From NCBI RefSeq assembly GCF_006345805.1, contig NC_042998.1:62930001-62994000 (forward strand): a DNA stretch of 64,000 nt, read 5' to 3'. Under the pieces are notes generated by a model, which made no database searches, was not told the origin of the DNA, and saw only the letters and a program-made list of their open reading frames with translations. This DNA is from Octopus sinensis. Its lineage: Eukaryota. Positions 38,817 through 52,137 of this stretch are shown piece after piece; the stretch's first letter is position 1, and each line of letters opens with the position of its first letter. A program made the translations under genes and the position numbers.

Positions 38817-40276
38817 ACACACACACATAAACACATACATAGATAACATACTATCGCCGTTGATCTCCCTTGCTAGTGAAACAAACTTTTCCCTGTAAAA
38901 CTCTATTACGTTCGGCGCATGTGCTTTAACTATTTCATTATCTTGTGTACTTTTCATAAGGGAATATTACAAATCATTCCTTATCCAATTTTTATCTTCT
39001 TTGCTTGTGCTTGATGAAGGACCAACATTCGAAATTCAAGCTCATTTCTGTTTATTCCCAACGTCGTAAAACTAATTTTATTTTACTGTTTTTATGTAAT
39101 TTTATAATTTTTTTGTTGTTCTTTGCTGATATTTCGTATCGATGAAATAAAAGGCAATGGTAACATACGGTACGGACGTTCGATTCCTGCTGGATTCATT
39201 CTCGTTCATTGTGCATTGCTGTATTAGCACTCGGAGTAATGCCTCGATATATTCTCGTTCCATTCATATCCTTGTTTGCAAAGTATGTCTACACATATAT
39301 AACTGCGAAAAGTTCTTTTCGCAGTTATATAATTTCTGTGTCTATTCAGGCACCACAAATCCATGTGAGAGATCCTCTTATGGTATAGAATACAGTATCC
39401 TCTATTCTAACTTATCATCTATGTTAAGTTGGAGATCAAGATTATCTTTTGGTATCAATACTGATTTTGACATAATCTCTATATCTATATATGGCAAAAT
39501 GTCTGCGTATCTGTGTCTGTGTGACCTTTATACAAATCTACAGTTTTTCACGTAAAAGGTTCACATTTTCTATGAGCTTTCAAAACTGTCTGAGGGTGGG
39601 TGTGAAGATCTTTTCATTTCCCCAGTCACCCCAGAAAGCCATTAAAAATATCGATAAACTGACCCCTTATGCCCGTAAGTTACTTTGCGACCAAATTAGA
39701 GTTTTTCTCCTTCTTCTGCCACCTTTTATGTCCGACGAATGGCATGTGCGCAGTCCCGCTAATTTTCTATGATTATGCCGTTCCAGGTTTGAAAACCGAA
39801 GTGCAATGAATATTAATTACTCTCATAAAAAGCTCCAACTTGCACGTAAACAAAAAAACTGGCCCGGGCTGAAATGTGATAAGAAGCTTAGCTCTTGATT
39901 TAGTGAGAAATTTTTACTGCGACAAAGCAACGAACAACAAGCACTAGCACTAGACACGGCAACGACGGGTCATAGTGCAAGTTCATTATATATTTTTTAA
40001 TAAGCCCACTGTCTAATTGCAACAGCAATGCCTAAATCGGTACTCCTATTGTATTCACTTTACTTCACACAAGGACACATATGGAGACACACGTCTACAC
40101 ATATGGAGATGCACATCCATACATAAAAACACGGTACATAGTTGCAAAACACACACACACATACACACGTATTTAAAGCCGAAAACTTTATGTGGCCTAC
40201 ATATAAAGGAAGAAGAGGGGTACGGGTGAAAATCCCAAATGTGCCGCCAGAAGTAAAAACAGAATGGTTGTTACCA

Positions 40277-40452
40277 GCTTAGCGGCATTTCGTCCGTCTT
40301 TACGTTCTGAGTTCAAATACCGCCAAGGTCGACTTTACCTTTCATCCTTTCGTGGGTTAATAAAATAAGTACCAGTTGAATACTGCGTTGATGTAATTGA
40401 CTTAGCCCCTCACCCAAACTTGCTGGCCTTGTGCCAAAATTTGACACCAATA
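40277..40452 (+). mobile_element. SINE family B
   Basis: gttctgagttcaaataccgccaaggtcgactttacctttcatcctttcg...aagtaccagt. Confidence 0.75.
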
Positions 40453-40539
40453 TTTCAGTATGTACTGAATAACAGGGGTTTTCTCCATATTATTCCGAGG
40501 ACATTGTTTTTCTTTTTCGGATGGCATTATTTCTTGATT

Positions 40540-41130
40540 TTGCAAGAACGTCTTGTCGCGTTGGAAGCTGTTACCTTTATTAGATTCACAAGTGTGAATT
40601 ACCTTGATTACATTCGTATGTGTGCCATTCACGTGTGTGATATCTTTCATAGAAATGTGACATAATCGACATTTCTCATTATATCTTGGGAGCCTGTTTT
40701 TTAATTTTTTTATAAGGTATTTTGTAGGATCAAATATTCTTAGGTTCCAAATTTGCAACCTTTGAAGTGTGATGTAGTGATCATAATTCCAAAAGAGGCT
40801 GCACTTCATGACAATATTACTGACATCTTCAAGAATTCGAGAAACATACCAATATCATTCTTAATCATTGCTACGCTGAGCGTTTCATATCTAGGTATTC
40901 TTCTTTAAGTTATATTACTTCAGCTGTTTCCGGATTGTGCGAAAGAGCGTCAGAAAGAGAGTTCTTCCTATAGAGCTCTCAACTGATAAGAAGGCTGTTG
41001 CTCTCTTCACTTCTTAGCTCTAGTTTTATGTATTTAGTTTTGCTGTTGTTCTTTGGCAGGTGTAGTCTGAGAAATATTCGATAACAGTCGAATGCTGTCT
41101 GCACTGATTTCAAGCCTTTACTTCCAATGT
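40540..41130 (-). mobile_element. R4/Dong-like LINE fragment, decayed
   Basis: GSKGLKSVQTAFDC (GGRGL-like) and EKCRLCHISMKDITHV (CCHC knuckle-like). Confidence 0.5.
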
Positions 41131-41817
41131 TTGAATGAATAAATGTATATGTACACATGAAGGGAACATATAGGAAAATCTCAATATTGGCAATGCCTTG
41201 AATAAAGCTGCATGGGCACAGTCTTAAACTGGATGTAAATGTAAATCACATCGCGAGATATCCATGCAGGAGAAACATATGTAGGATAAAGATTTAAATT
41301 AAGCATGCTGTAATAATTAAAATAGTGTTGATGTATTATTCTCTTTATTCATTTAAATTATTCTTGAATATTAATACACACGGAACTTTATCAAATGCTA
41401 ATTACAAGTATTTAGACAACTATACTAAAGAATGTTGATGGCATCTCAGTTAATCTCCTTCAGTTATAATGTCCCTCTACTTTGGAGAACAGGACTTTAT
41501 AGTAAATCTCGTAGAACATTGTAAATAACTGAAAATAAAATTAGACGAAATATTCGTTTCAGTATATGAATTTACATGCTTGAAAAAGTGTCTTTGTTCA
41601 CAGACAAGTGAATATCTACAGACATATTTCAGTCTTACTGAACCATCATCAGCTTAGCATAGTTTAACAAAGCCTGCTTTGATCAGTGAAAGAATGTTTA
41701 TACGAAAAAGAAAGAGATACGAAGATTTTTGGCCAGTATTAATTTGCATAATTGGAATTTCAAATGAAGGTAGAGAATTCAAGTGACCCAATGATATGAA
41801 TTATGTTTCACATTATA

Positions 41818-42238
41818 AGTGCAGGCGTGGCTGTGTGGTAAGAAGCTTGCTTGCCAACCACATGGTTCCGGGCTCAGTCCCACTATGTGGCACCTTGGTC
41901 AACTGTCTTCTACTACGGCCTCGTGCCGACCAAAAACTTGAATGGATTTGGTAGACGGAAACTGAAAGAATCCCGTTGTATATGTGTGTGTATGTATGTA
42001 TGTATATATTTATGCGTGTGTGTCTTTGTGTCTCTGCTTGTCCACCCATCATCAATTAACAACCGGTGTTGGCATGTTTACGTCCCCGTAACTTAGGAGT
42101 TTGGTAAAGAGGCCGGTAGAATGAGTACTAAGCTTAAGAATAATTCATGGAGACGATTTTTTCGACTAAAACCCTTCAAGGGGGTGCCCTACCATGGCCG
42201 CAGTCAAATGACTGAAACAAGTGAAAGAATAAAAAGAA
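41818..42238 (+). mobile_element. SINE family A, full length
   Basis: gcaggcgtggctgtgtggtaagaagc head through ccatggccgcagtcaaatgactgaaacaagtgaaagaataaaa tail. Confidence 0.85.
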
Positions 42239-42252
42239 ATTAATATTTTTAG

Positions 42253-42658
42253 GGTGGTAAGAAACTTACTTTACCTACCACATGGTTCCATGTTCAGTCC
42301 CACTGCGCAGCACCTTAGGCAAGTGACTTCTAAAGCCGCGGGCCGATCAAAGCCTTATGCATGGATTTGGTAGGCAGAGACTGACAGAAGCCTGTCATAT
42401 GTGTGTGTGCACGTGCATCTTTGCGGGTATACGTGTGTGTGTGTTTGCGTCTGAGTTGCACCCCATCATAGTTTGACAAATGTTGGTCTGCTTACGTCAA
42501 TGTAACTTAGCAGTTTGGCCAAAGAGATCGATAGAATAAGTAATAGGCTTAAAAAGAATAAGTCCTGGGGTCGGTTTCTTCGACTAAAACCCTTAGAGGG
42601 GGTGCTCCAGCATTGCTGCAGTCAAATGAGTGAAGCAATTAAAGGAATAAAAGAATAA
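42253..42658 (+). mobile_element. SINE family A, second head-to-tail copy
   Basis: Same architecture immediately downstream of the previous copy. Confidence 0.8.
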
Positions 42659-43801
42659 TGTTAAAGTTCTTAGTGGAACACCAAAATTACCACCGTCACC
42701 ATATCTTATGTTTCACATATATAATTACACATATAAAAGGTAAAAAGAGAGAAAAATAATAAAACATGGCCATGGTAAAACAAACTGGATCGTTTGCTAG
42801 TGAACGAGAATAAAAAAAAAACTTTGGAGGATAAATTTAAAGGTTTATGTTTTGTGACCAGCCACAGATTAAGGTATTAGCATCTTACGCCTCTTTTGTG
42901 TTCGTACGTCAAACTCGAGGTAAAATCCCAGTTTACATTTACAAGGGTTATGCAATGCTCGTTCTTTATGATGGAAAGGTCAATCCTTCAAAAAGAAAGA
43001 GCTGGTTTTTGGATGATAACTCAATCTTCGGTCATAACTATACAAGCCTACAAGGATATTCTGTAGTTGTCTATTTATATGATCATCTATCATTACAATA
43101 TGATGTAATACGATGGAGCACTCTGACGCTCCACAGGATATACGTAATACTGGCTTAGAGTTAACGATATTACTCTATTTAATAAATGGCTAGAATAATG
43201 TACATGTCTGGATGTGTTTGTAGAAATATGCCATCCCCTTCATAACAAACAAAATAAAAAAGAAAAGAGAGACTTGTCACATCTCTATAAGACACTTATG
43301 TGTATTGTAGAAAATAAGAAATTGCAGATTTTCCGGGAAAAATCTTTTTATAGATGTATTGTGTGAAAGAACACAATATCCTCCAGAGTATCATGAAACG
43401 ATGTTGATCAGGAAGCTGCTACAAAATTGACAATTACTCATTCCACCGTTTTTGCCATGTTAACATGTGCATGCAAAGATACACCACCCAATATATTTGC
43501 ACATACATACATACATACATACATACATACATACATACATACATACATACCCTAGAGAACAGAAAAGCTACCTCGCAAAACCAAATCTCTGATTTCCTTT
43601 CCATGACGAGGAGAACTTAACCCCGAAATATTAAAAGTGCATAACATTGAACCATATTATTTTTCTTTCACCTTATAATTCGTATTGATTTGGCTTTCGA
43701 AAGACATAAGAACATTATACTCGTATGTGCGTGTATACATACATACATGTGTGTGTGTGTGTACGTATAAGTATATACATACATATATATATATATAATA
43801 T

Positions 43802-43833
<32 letters not shown>

Positions 43834-43931
43834 CTCTGACTTCTCAGATTTTTTGTATGCTAGACTACTGGTATTAAATTGATATTAAAATTAATATTAA
43901 TTTATCTCCCTCATTATTTAAATATTTATAT

Positions 43932-43976
<45 letters not shown>

Positions 43977-44044
43977 CATACATACATTGCAATATAAAAT
44001 AAGTGATATTTCTGTTGTATTTTCTTGAGTATGGGTATGTTTAT

Positions 44045-44100
<56 letters not shown>

Positions 44101-44146
44101 GAGAAAGATGTCTTTATGTGTGTTAATGAAGATAGAGTTTTGTTGA

Positions 44147-44295
44147 TCTGTCTATATATATAAAACTGAGAATGTGTATCTGTCTGTCTTTCTCTGTCTG
44201 TCGCTGTGAATCCCTAAAACTTGAAACCTACACAACCAATTTCATTCAGATTTTACACATGCCTTACTTAGAATCCAGGGAGTGTCATGGGCAAA
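44147..44295 (+). mobile_element. Helitron-like 5' end
   Basis: A|TC..tatatataaaactgagaatgtg..gtctgtc; homologous to 46687-46895. Confidence 0.6.
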
Positions 44296-44350
44296 GCTCT
44301 GGGCGCCGTTGGGCTCACTGTCCACGGCTACGACACCACAGTGAGGTGAG

Positions 44351-44471
44351 CGGCTCGGCTCGGCTCATCTCGGCTCGGCTCATCTCGGCTCGGCTCATCT
44401 CGGCTCGGCTCATCTCGGCTCGGCTCATCTCGGCTCGGCTCATCTCGGCTCGGCTCATCTCGGCTCGGCTC
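44351..44471. repeat. GC-rich 15-bp minisatellite (cggctcggctcatct), 7 units plus partials
   Basis: Perfect units from 44356 to 44460. Confidence 0.95.
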
Positions 44472-44900
44472 CTTTATTAGACTCATAAAACCTACACTAT
44501 TTAGCTTTCCATGAACTTTAACTAGAGGGCCAACACCAAAGCTACTAAATGCCGCTCACACCATCACCCCCACCCCGGCTTGCGTCGTCTTTTTCACGCA
44601 TTTCGGATGGAATTCCTCGGTTGGGCGACGTCTGACATATGTTTTACCATCTGATCCAAATATTTAGAAGCGTGACTCGTCACTCCAAAGGACTCTGCAG
44701 CACTCTTTGGCTGTCGATTGAGTATGGCTTTTTTGCGAAATTAAGACGTTTGAGTCGACTTTCTCGGATATTATTGGCTTTTTCCTAGCGATTCGTCCAT
44801 GTAGTCCAAATTCTCTCAAACGGTTGCGGACGGTTTATGGTGTAAAAATAACACCATTCTCGTTGGACAATTGTTTACAAATGTCAACGTCTGTCAGCAT
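44472..44900 (-). mobile_element. Tc1 transposase fragment (pseudo)
   Basis: TVRNRLREFGLHGRIARKKP...RVLWSDESRF*IFGSDGKTYVRRRP...GVMV*AAFSSFGVGPLVKVHGKLNS. Confidence 0.85.
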
Positions 44901-44914
44901 TCACTGAACAATAG

Positions 44915-46682
44915 CATGCGGGACGGTTTCCCTGACTCACCCACATCTTGGACAGATCGGTGGGTTAGGGCTACCATGATTGCGAGTTTGTCCCGGACAG
45001 ATAATGTTCCTCGGTAACATTGCCATGCCAAAGACGTCTGGAAGTTATCCAGTGTCTTCGACCCGAATGTATGTTGGAACAGATTGGCCAGATGATTAAT
45101 GTCGAGACCTAGAGCTTCCCCAAGCTATCGTCACATTTCGCTTCTACCAACCCTCTATAGAAGAATGTGATAGAACCACTACCGCAGGTGTTGCCCGAGA
45201 GATGGAATATCCGGAGAGTCTTACGACACTCCGTACACCATGTACCCAACTTCGATCTACGATAGAACCAGATCTCCAGTCCACCGAAGCAAGTGAACTT
45301 GGGAAACAACTGTTTTTCCAGCGGAGACAACACCCGATTACCATCCAGATGGAGCCACAGATGCCTCAACCTCAGCGCGTGCCTGCGCATCATCTACCAA
45401 GGCATCCGTAGCCCACCCTTTAACGGTTGTTGGCAGCAAATAGAGCGTCTCACAAGCGTATTCAAACACTTCCACAAGAAGCGGAAGAGCTGTCTTTCCA
45501 GCTTACTCAACCACGAATCAGGGCAGAGAACGACGGTTAGGCGGTAGGTGATTACCGATGCGATGAACACATTGGTCACCTCCACCCTCCCTGGCTCAAC
45601 TTTCGCAGCAATGACTCAAGAGCCATTATATACAAAAGCGGGGAGAAAGGACACCCTTGACGAATCGAGCGTTGGAAGCTGAGCGGCTTAGATAAAAAGC
45701 CGTTCACCCGAGCTACCGAGTCGATGTTGTTATAAATTCCAATGATCCACTTGAGGAAACTAATACCCAGGCCGAACTGTGCCAGAACGGACACCAGGTA
45801 ATGATGGTCTACCCTATCAAAAGCCTTTGATTGGTCTAAATCGACCACTGTCCCTCCCTTGCAAGAATCATTATGAAACCCTTCTACAGTGTACTGTAGA
45901 AGATGGATATTATCCTGAATGGTTTTACAGGGAAACGGCACATGCCTGTGCCTTCCCGATCAAGCCATCCGCGACAAGCGCCAGTCTTTTCGAAAAGATT
46001 TTGGCCAAAATTTTCAACTCTGTGTTTAGCAGAGTGATGGGCCAAAAATTATCAATGCAGTCCCCCCTTCTTCGGGTCCTTACTGACAAGCCTGACTACT
46101 CCCCGGTGCACAGATCTGGGAATGAACCCATTCTGCTGCCAGTTCGCGTAGACATTCGCCAGCAGGTGCCCGAACAAGTCTGGCATACTCTTATACAGTT
46201 GGTAGACCATCCAGTCCCGGTGCCTTACCCGCGTCGCGGTGCACCATAGCCTCAATTACCACCTCAGACGTGATCGGCCCGTCACAACACTCCGCGTCAA
46301 GCTCCGAGAGGCGCGGCAGCCCGGCGAGGAAATCCGTTAGGTCTCTCTTACTGTCCGGTCCACTTACCCCACCCCGAAAACCTGGGTGAAGTGCTCCTGA
46401 AAGACCTCACGCATCTCTTCGGGCTCGTTTATCAACTTACCTCTTTGGTTCATCAAAGATCGAGTTGTGCCATCGTTGCCCGTTGGGCTTCCACCACTCG
46501 GACCCATTCTGCTGCCTTGATTCCTTCACAACCCAATGTACGAATCCTGGCTACAACAATGCAATCCATATGTTGGGGTTCGAGATGCTGGTTTAACGCC
46601 AGTCTCTTGGCCGTCACCTGAAATGCAGAGCCAGATTCCGTTGCTTCCTCCAAGTCTTTAGCTAATGCTAATCCCTTCCTAG
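44915..46682 (-). mobile_element. Tx1/L1-clade LINE fragment: RT and C-terminal CCHC, decayed
   Basis: RPITLLNTELKILAK, LDQSKAFDRVDH, IRQGCPFSPLLY, LERQLFRFLWK...KGGL and CPRCG..ETVPHA motifs with frameshifts. Confidence 0.85.
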
Positions 46683-46686
46683 TATA

Positions 46687-46990
46687 TCTATATATATTAA
46701 AATGAGAATGTGTGTCTGTCTGCCTGTCTGTCTGTCTGTCCGTCTAGCTGTCTGTTCGTCTAGCTGTCTGTCCGTCTAGCTGTCTGTCTGTCTGTCTGTC
46801 TGTGTGAATCCCTAAAACTTGAGAACTACACAACCAATTTCATTAAAATATAACACATTCCTTACTTAGGCTCCATGTAATGTCATGGGCAAAAAAATGT
46901 TTAACTTCTTGCCTAGGGCGGGCCCACGGCAATATATCTTCTCCACTATTTCAGTATTACGTCTTAAAAGTGAAATAAAAACATCTCTCT
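46687..46990 (+). mobile_element. Helitron-like 5' portion
   Basis: A|TCtatatatattaaaatgagaatgtgtgtctgtc with a (gtct)n block; no 3' terminus seen. Confidence 0.6.
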
Positions 46991-47005
46991 ATTGTATGTA
47001 TACGG

Positions 47006-47037
<32 letters not shown>

Positions 47038-47208
47038 ATGTATAGATGTATTTCTATAGATATACATGTATATCTAGATGTATATATATATATATATATA
47101 TATACATAGATGTACATGTAATATATATACACATATATATATACACATATATACATGCATACATATATATACACCCATACACACACCTCCAAAACACACA
47201 CACATACA

Positions 47209-47520
47209 TAGGTGCAGGTTTGGCTGTGTGGTAACAAACTTGGTTCCAAAACACATGGTCCTCAGTTTAGTCCCACTGTGTGGTAACTTGGCATGTGTCT
47301 TCTGCTAAAGCCCTAGACCAACCAAAGCCTTGTCAGTGGATTTTGTAGACAAAAACTGAAAGAAATCAATTGTATGTATATGCATGAATATATGTAAGTC
47401 TATGTGTGGGTCTTTGCGTTTCTCCCTCATCACTGCTTCACAACTGGTGTTCGTTTATTTACATCCCTATAACTTACTGGTTTCACAAGAAGAAACTGAT
47501 AGAATAAGTACCAGGCTTAT
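47209..47520 (+). mobile_element. SINE family A, diverged
   Basis: ataggtgcaggtttggctgtgtggtaac head through gatagaataagtaccaggctt. Confidence 0.7.
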
Positions 47521-47708
47521 CAAAATATAAAAAAAGCACCTCGCAGTGTCTCATACTTTTGCTTGCCCACTCAGTTGTATCTATCAATTTATCTTTGTGT
47601 GTGTGTGTGTGTGTGTGTGTATACATATATATATATAGAGATTTCGCAGACAGGAACTGAAACAAATCGATCGTATATATATGTATGTATATATGTAAGT
47701 GTATGTGT

Positions 47709-50399
47709 TTTGATATGGGCAACATGAATGACAATAGTCACAGACTACTTGAATTTTGCACATACCATAACCCGTGCATCACCAACACACTCTTTGCCAA
47801 GAAGACATCCCACAAGGCATCTTGGAGACATCAAAGATCTCACCACTGGCATCAGCTGGATCTCATCATTACACGAAGATCCTTTTTGAATTCTGTTCAA
47901 CTGACCCGTAGTTACCACAGTGCGGATTGTGAAATACATCATTCACTAATAAGAAGCAGAGTGAAGATTCTGCCTAAGAAAGTCCATCACTCCAAGAAAA
48001 TGGTCCGACCACGCAGTAACACTGCCAGAACCTCGGACGCTACACCGCGAAAATGTTTTGCTGTTTCTATCAAGGTTGCCCTCAGTAGCTGCCCAACCTC
48101 CTCTGCTGAAAGTAGGTTGAATTATATCAGGGAAACTTTGTATACCACATCAATAGATACTTTCGGCATGAGAGAAAGGCAAAACCCAGATTGGTTCAGT
48201 GCTGTGCTCTCAGAGCTGGAAACAGTTATCGAAACAAAGCGTGCAGCTCTGATGCAATGCAAGAGTGATTCTTCTACAAAGTCACTCGAAGAACTCAGAA
48301 AGGCAAGAAATAAAACCCAACTGACTGCCAGATGCTGTGCAAATAGGTATTGGCAGGAAATCTGTCAGAGTATCCAGTCAGCTGCTGACAGTGGCGACAC
48401 CCATGGGATGTATGCCAGTTTGAAGAAGACCCTCGGTCCATCCGCAACCAAGTCAGCCCCTCTGAAATCAACTACTGGAGATCTCATCAAGGACCAAAGC
48501 AAGCAAATAGATATAGGGAGACCACGGTAGGTGAGGCTGCAATCGAGGGTGTCAAGATCTTGCCAGTCATGTGTGAACTTGGTAGTCTGCCATCTATAGC
48601 AGAGCACACCAAGGCTATTGACTCCCTAGTAAGTAACAATGATCCGGGAAAAGACGTCATCCCCTTAAAGATCATCAAAACCGACAAAAACACTATCCTG
48701 GTCGGCACCTTCATGAGCTTCTGTGTCAGTGCTGGGGAGAGGGTACAGTTCTTCAGGATATGCGGGATGCTAACATCATTACGCTTTACAAAAACAAAGG
48801 TTTACATGGTGATTGTAACAATTTCCGTGGAATATCTCTTCTAAGCACTGTTGGAAAGGCCTTTGCTCGTGTTATCCTGTCCAGGCTACTACTGCTTGCT
48901 TCTCGAATTTATCCAGAATCGCAGTGTGGCTTTAAAAGAAGCAGATCAACTATTGAAATGATATTCTCCATACGCCAACTTCAGAAGTCCAGAGAGCATA
49001 AAATACCATTATATATGGCCTTCATTGATCTGACAAAGACCTTTGACCTGGTAAGTAGAAAAGGCCTCTTCATCCTGCTCCAAAAATCGGATGTCCACCA
49101 AAGCTGCTGAGGATCATCAAATCTTTCCATGATGAAATACAAGGCACCATACAGCACAATGGTTCAACATCAACCACCTTCGAAATAAAAAACGGGGTAA
49201 AGCAAGGTTGTGCCCTTGCTCCTATATTATTTGGCATCTTCTTCTCGCTGCTGCTGTCACATGCCTTTCAGACAGCAGATGATGGAGTGTTTCTGCACAG
49301 TAGAAGTGACGGGAAACTGTTCAATCTCTCGTGTCTGCGTGTCAAGACCAAAATCAGAAGCGTCCTGATCAAGGAGGTGCCATTTGCTAATAATGCCGCT
49401 CTGGTATCACACACAGAAGAAGCCCTACAAAGGCTCATCAACTGTTTTGAGCAAGCATGTAGCGACTTTTGCTTAGTTATCAGCCTCAAGAAGACCAACA
49501 TCATGGGTCAGGCTACATCGGACATCCCGAACATACATATTGGTGACCACAGACTATAAGTGGCGGAGAAGTTTACCTATCTTAGCTCTACCGTCACCTA
49601 CAACCTATCCCTTGATGCTGAGCTCAATATACGCATTGGCAAAGCATCTGCTATGATGACCCAACTATCCAAACGAGCATGGGACAACAATAAGCTGACC
49701 AAGACCAAAACAGGAATATTTACCAGGCATGTGTATTTAGCACTCTACTGTATGGAAGTAAGATTTGGACGCCATACATACGCCATACGACGCCATATGT
49801 CGCCTAAATATCTTTCACCTGCTCTGCCTCCGGAAAATCCTTCGCATCGAATGGTAGAATCATGTCCGCAACAAAAATGTCCTCAAGCAAGCAGGAATAC
49901 CAATCATGTTTGCACTCCTCAAACAAAGACGTATGAGATGGCTAGGACATGTTAGCAGTATAGAAGATAGCAGAATTCCCAAAGACATACTGTACGGAGA
50001 GCTTTCTAGGGGCACTAGGTCTGTAGGAAGACCGTGCTTACGATACAAGGATGTTTGCAAAAGGGACATGAGTACCTGCAACATCAATATTACCAACTGG
50101 AAGCAGTTACCAGCAACCGTAGAGATTGGCGACGTACCGTAAAAGAGGGAACATAAAGAGTGACATAGAAAGGAGAAATGGAAAGACAAGAAAAGACGTC
50201 AACAAGAAAGTATGACATTACAACCAGCCAGGCAAAGTGTTAGCTACATTTGCGCCGCCTGCCAGAGGGAATGTTTATCCAGGATAGGACTACACAGCCA
50301 CAGCAGAAGATGTATTAGGACATGAAATGTAAAGCCCGGATTAGATTATTTTATGCGCAACTCCATTGTCTCCCGAGACAAAAAGGATGCCAGCAACAA
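47709..50399 (+). mobile_element. RTE-clade LINE, 5'-truncated, with intact 3' end; decayed
   Basis: HQLDLII, DANIITLYKNKG..DCNNFRGISLLS, PESQCGF, AFIDLTKTFDLV, GVKQGCALAP, FANNAAL (degenerate FADD), RWLGHV..IEDSRIPKDILYGEL; 3' end ggatgccagcaacaa. Confidence 0.92.
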
Positions 50400-50725
50400 T
50401 ATATATGGATTTCGTAGACAGGAACTGAAACAAATCAATCGTATATATATGTATATATATATGTAAGTGTACGTGTGTGTCTTTGTCTCTGTGTTTCGTC
50501 CTCATCACAGCTTCACAGCTGCTGTTCATTTATTTACATCCACTTAACTTACTGGTTTCACAAGAACAAACTAATACAATAAGTACCAGGCTTATCAACA
50601 TAAAAAAGCACTAGGCTGTGTCTCATATTTTTGTTTGCCCAGTCAGTTGTATCTATCAATTAACTTTGTATGTGTGTGTGTATATATCTCTATCTATCTA
50701 TCTATCTATCTACACACACACACAC

Positions 50726-50804
<79 letters not shown>

Positions 50805-50812
<8 letters not shown>

Positions 50813-52122
50813 TAAAACCCTAATGGGACCCTTAACTCTCAAACTTTAGTCATTTCTTTTTTGATCCAAAACTAGGTCGAAAGTACTGAATGGATCTTTA
50901 TGAAATTTGGAAATTATATTATATGCATAAGGGCCATAACCCCCATGACAATTCATATATTTTTGCTGTTCAGGAAATTTTAACGATAGATATTAGACAC
51001 AAATGAAGTAATATTTATAAAATTTCATCTTCTTACAAGTTCGAAAGACCCCACCATGGGGACTTAACACCCACAATTTTGTCATTTTATCAAAGCAAAA
51101 ACGAATACAGTTGTGCTCTCGGAAGCTGAAGGGTTACCCGAGCATAAAAGTTGTGCATTATTTGTAATTCAATGGTACAACAGTGTAACAGTTTGCTTTC
51201 ACATATACTTACATTGTGATTTCTGCAATGTGCTGCACAAATTGTCAAGTAAATGAGAGGCATTTTTGCCTCCGCTGATTCAGCTGCAAATTGCTGAGTA
51301 AAGTTCTTTGATTGCAGACCTTCTTTCAGTCTTTTTATTATCACTCGGTCACACATAGTCCCCAGATGGTGACATTCATTTCAAGGCCTTCCCAGATGAG
51401 TGACTGGTTATTCAAAGACCTTTATATATTGTAAATTTATTCTGTCCAGTTACATATCAGTATAGTGGTCATTTGCAAACTCCAACTTTCATTTCTCCTT
51501 AGCCCTCACGTCACACAGTTGTTAATGTTGATTTCAGTTGGGTCACGCCCTTCCAGTTGCTATATATTCGTAATGCATCTTACGGCTGTGCCTGTTACCT
51601 GGATGATGAGGAATCCTACATTGGGATGGTAACGACTAGGGTAGGGTAACTGATTGCTTATTGTGATCATTCGTCTTTTGGTTTCCTGTAGCTTTGCTCT
51701 CTTTTACCAACCCAGTGAACATATATTCCCTATTTCAAAGAAATTGAAACAATAGATATAAGACCCAAGTAAAAAAGATTCTCAACAATTCAACTTCTCT
51801 GGTTAACATTAAGATGCCCACCCCCAACAGGGGCCTTAACTGTCACATTCTAGAGCTCTATGACCTTCATTTTTCAGGAGCAAAATCTTTTTAACAGGTT
51901 CAATAAGACTGGAATTTTGGAATATGCGCATAAAATCGGTAGTATGGGATATATGTGGCATGATTACCATTTTTGGGGTGTGTGTAAAGAAAGAAATAAC
52001 CCTCATCTGAAATTTTGATGGAAATCGAAACAGAGATATTCCAGTTCATTAGAGAAAATATAACAGAAAGGTCTAATTCTTCAATTGTATGTAACTCGAG
52101 CAACGCCGGGTATCTCTGCTAA
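50805..52122 (+). mobile_element. Helitron-like element with nested Tc1 remnant
   Basis: 3' hairpin cgagcaacgccggg followed by ctctgCTAA|T (CTAG variant), shared with the copies ending at 4547 and 15889; 5' boundary uncertain. Confidence 0.45.
51108..51780 (-). mobile_element. Very decayed Tc1-like remnant
   Basis: TA|cagttgtgctc TIR-like end; minus strand KLEFANDH and LLDNLCSTLQK resemble Tc1 segments. Confidence 0.3.
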
Positions 52123-52137
52123 TATATATATATATAT

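Noticed and set aside
39005-39045. ttgatgaaggaccaacattcgaaattc hammerhead candidate
   Set aside because: Stem II is marginal and stem I is not complementary.
39157-39555. 132-aa ORF, or a decayed Penelope RT on the opposite strand
   Set aside because: No convincing motif on either strand.
44351-44471. CRISPR-like array
   Set aside because: Contiguous identical 15-mers without spacers in eukaryotic DNA.
46650-46683. ttagc-taat-gctaa hairpin plus CTAG as a Helitron terminator
   Set aside because: AT-rich and fully explained as Tx1 coding sequence on the opposite strand.
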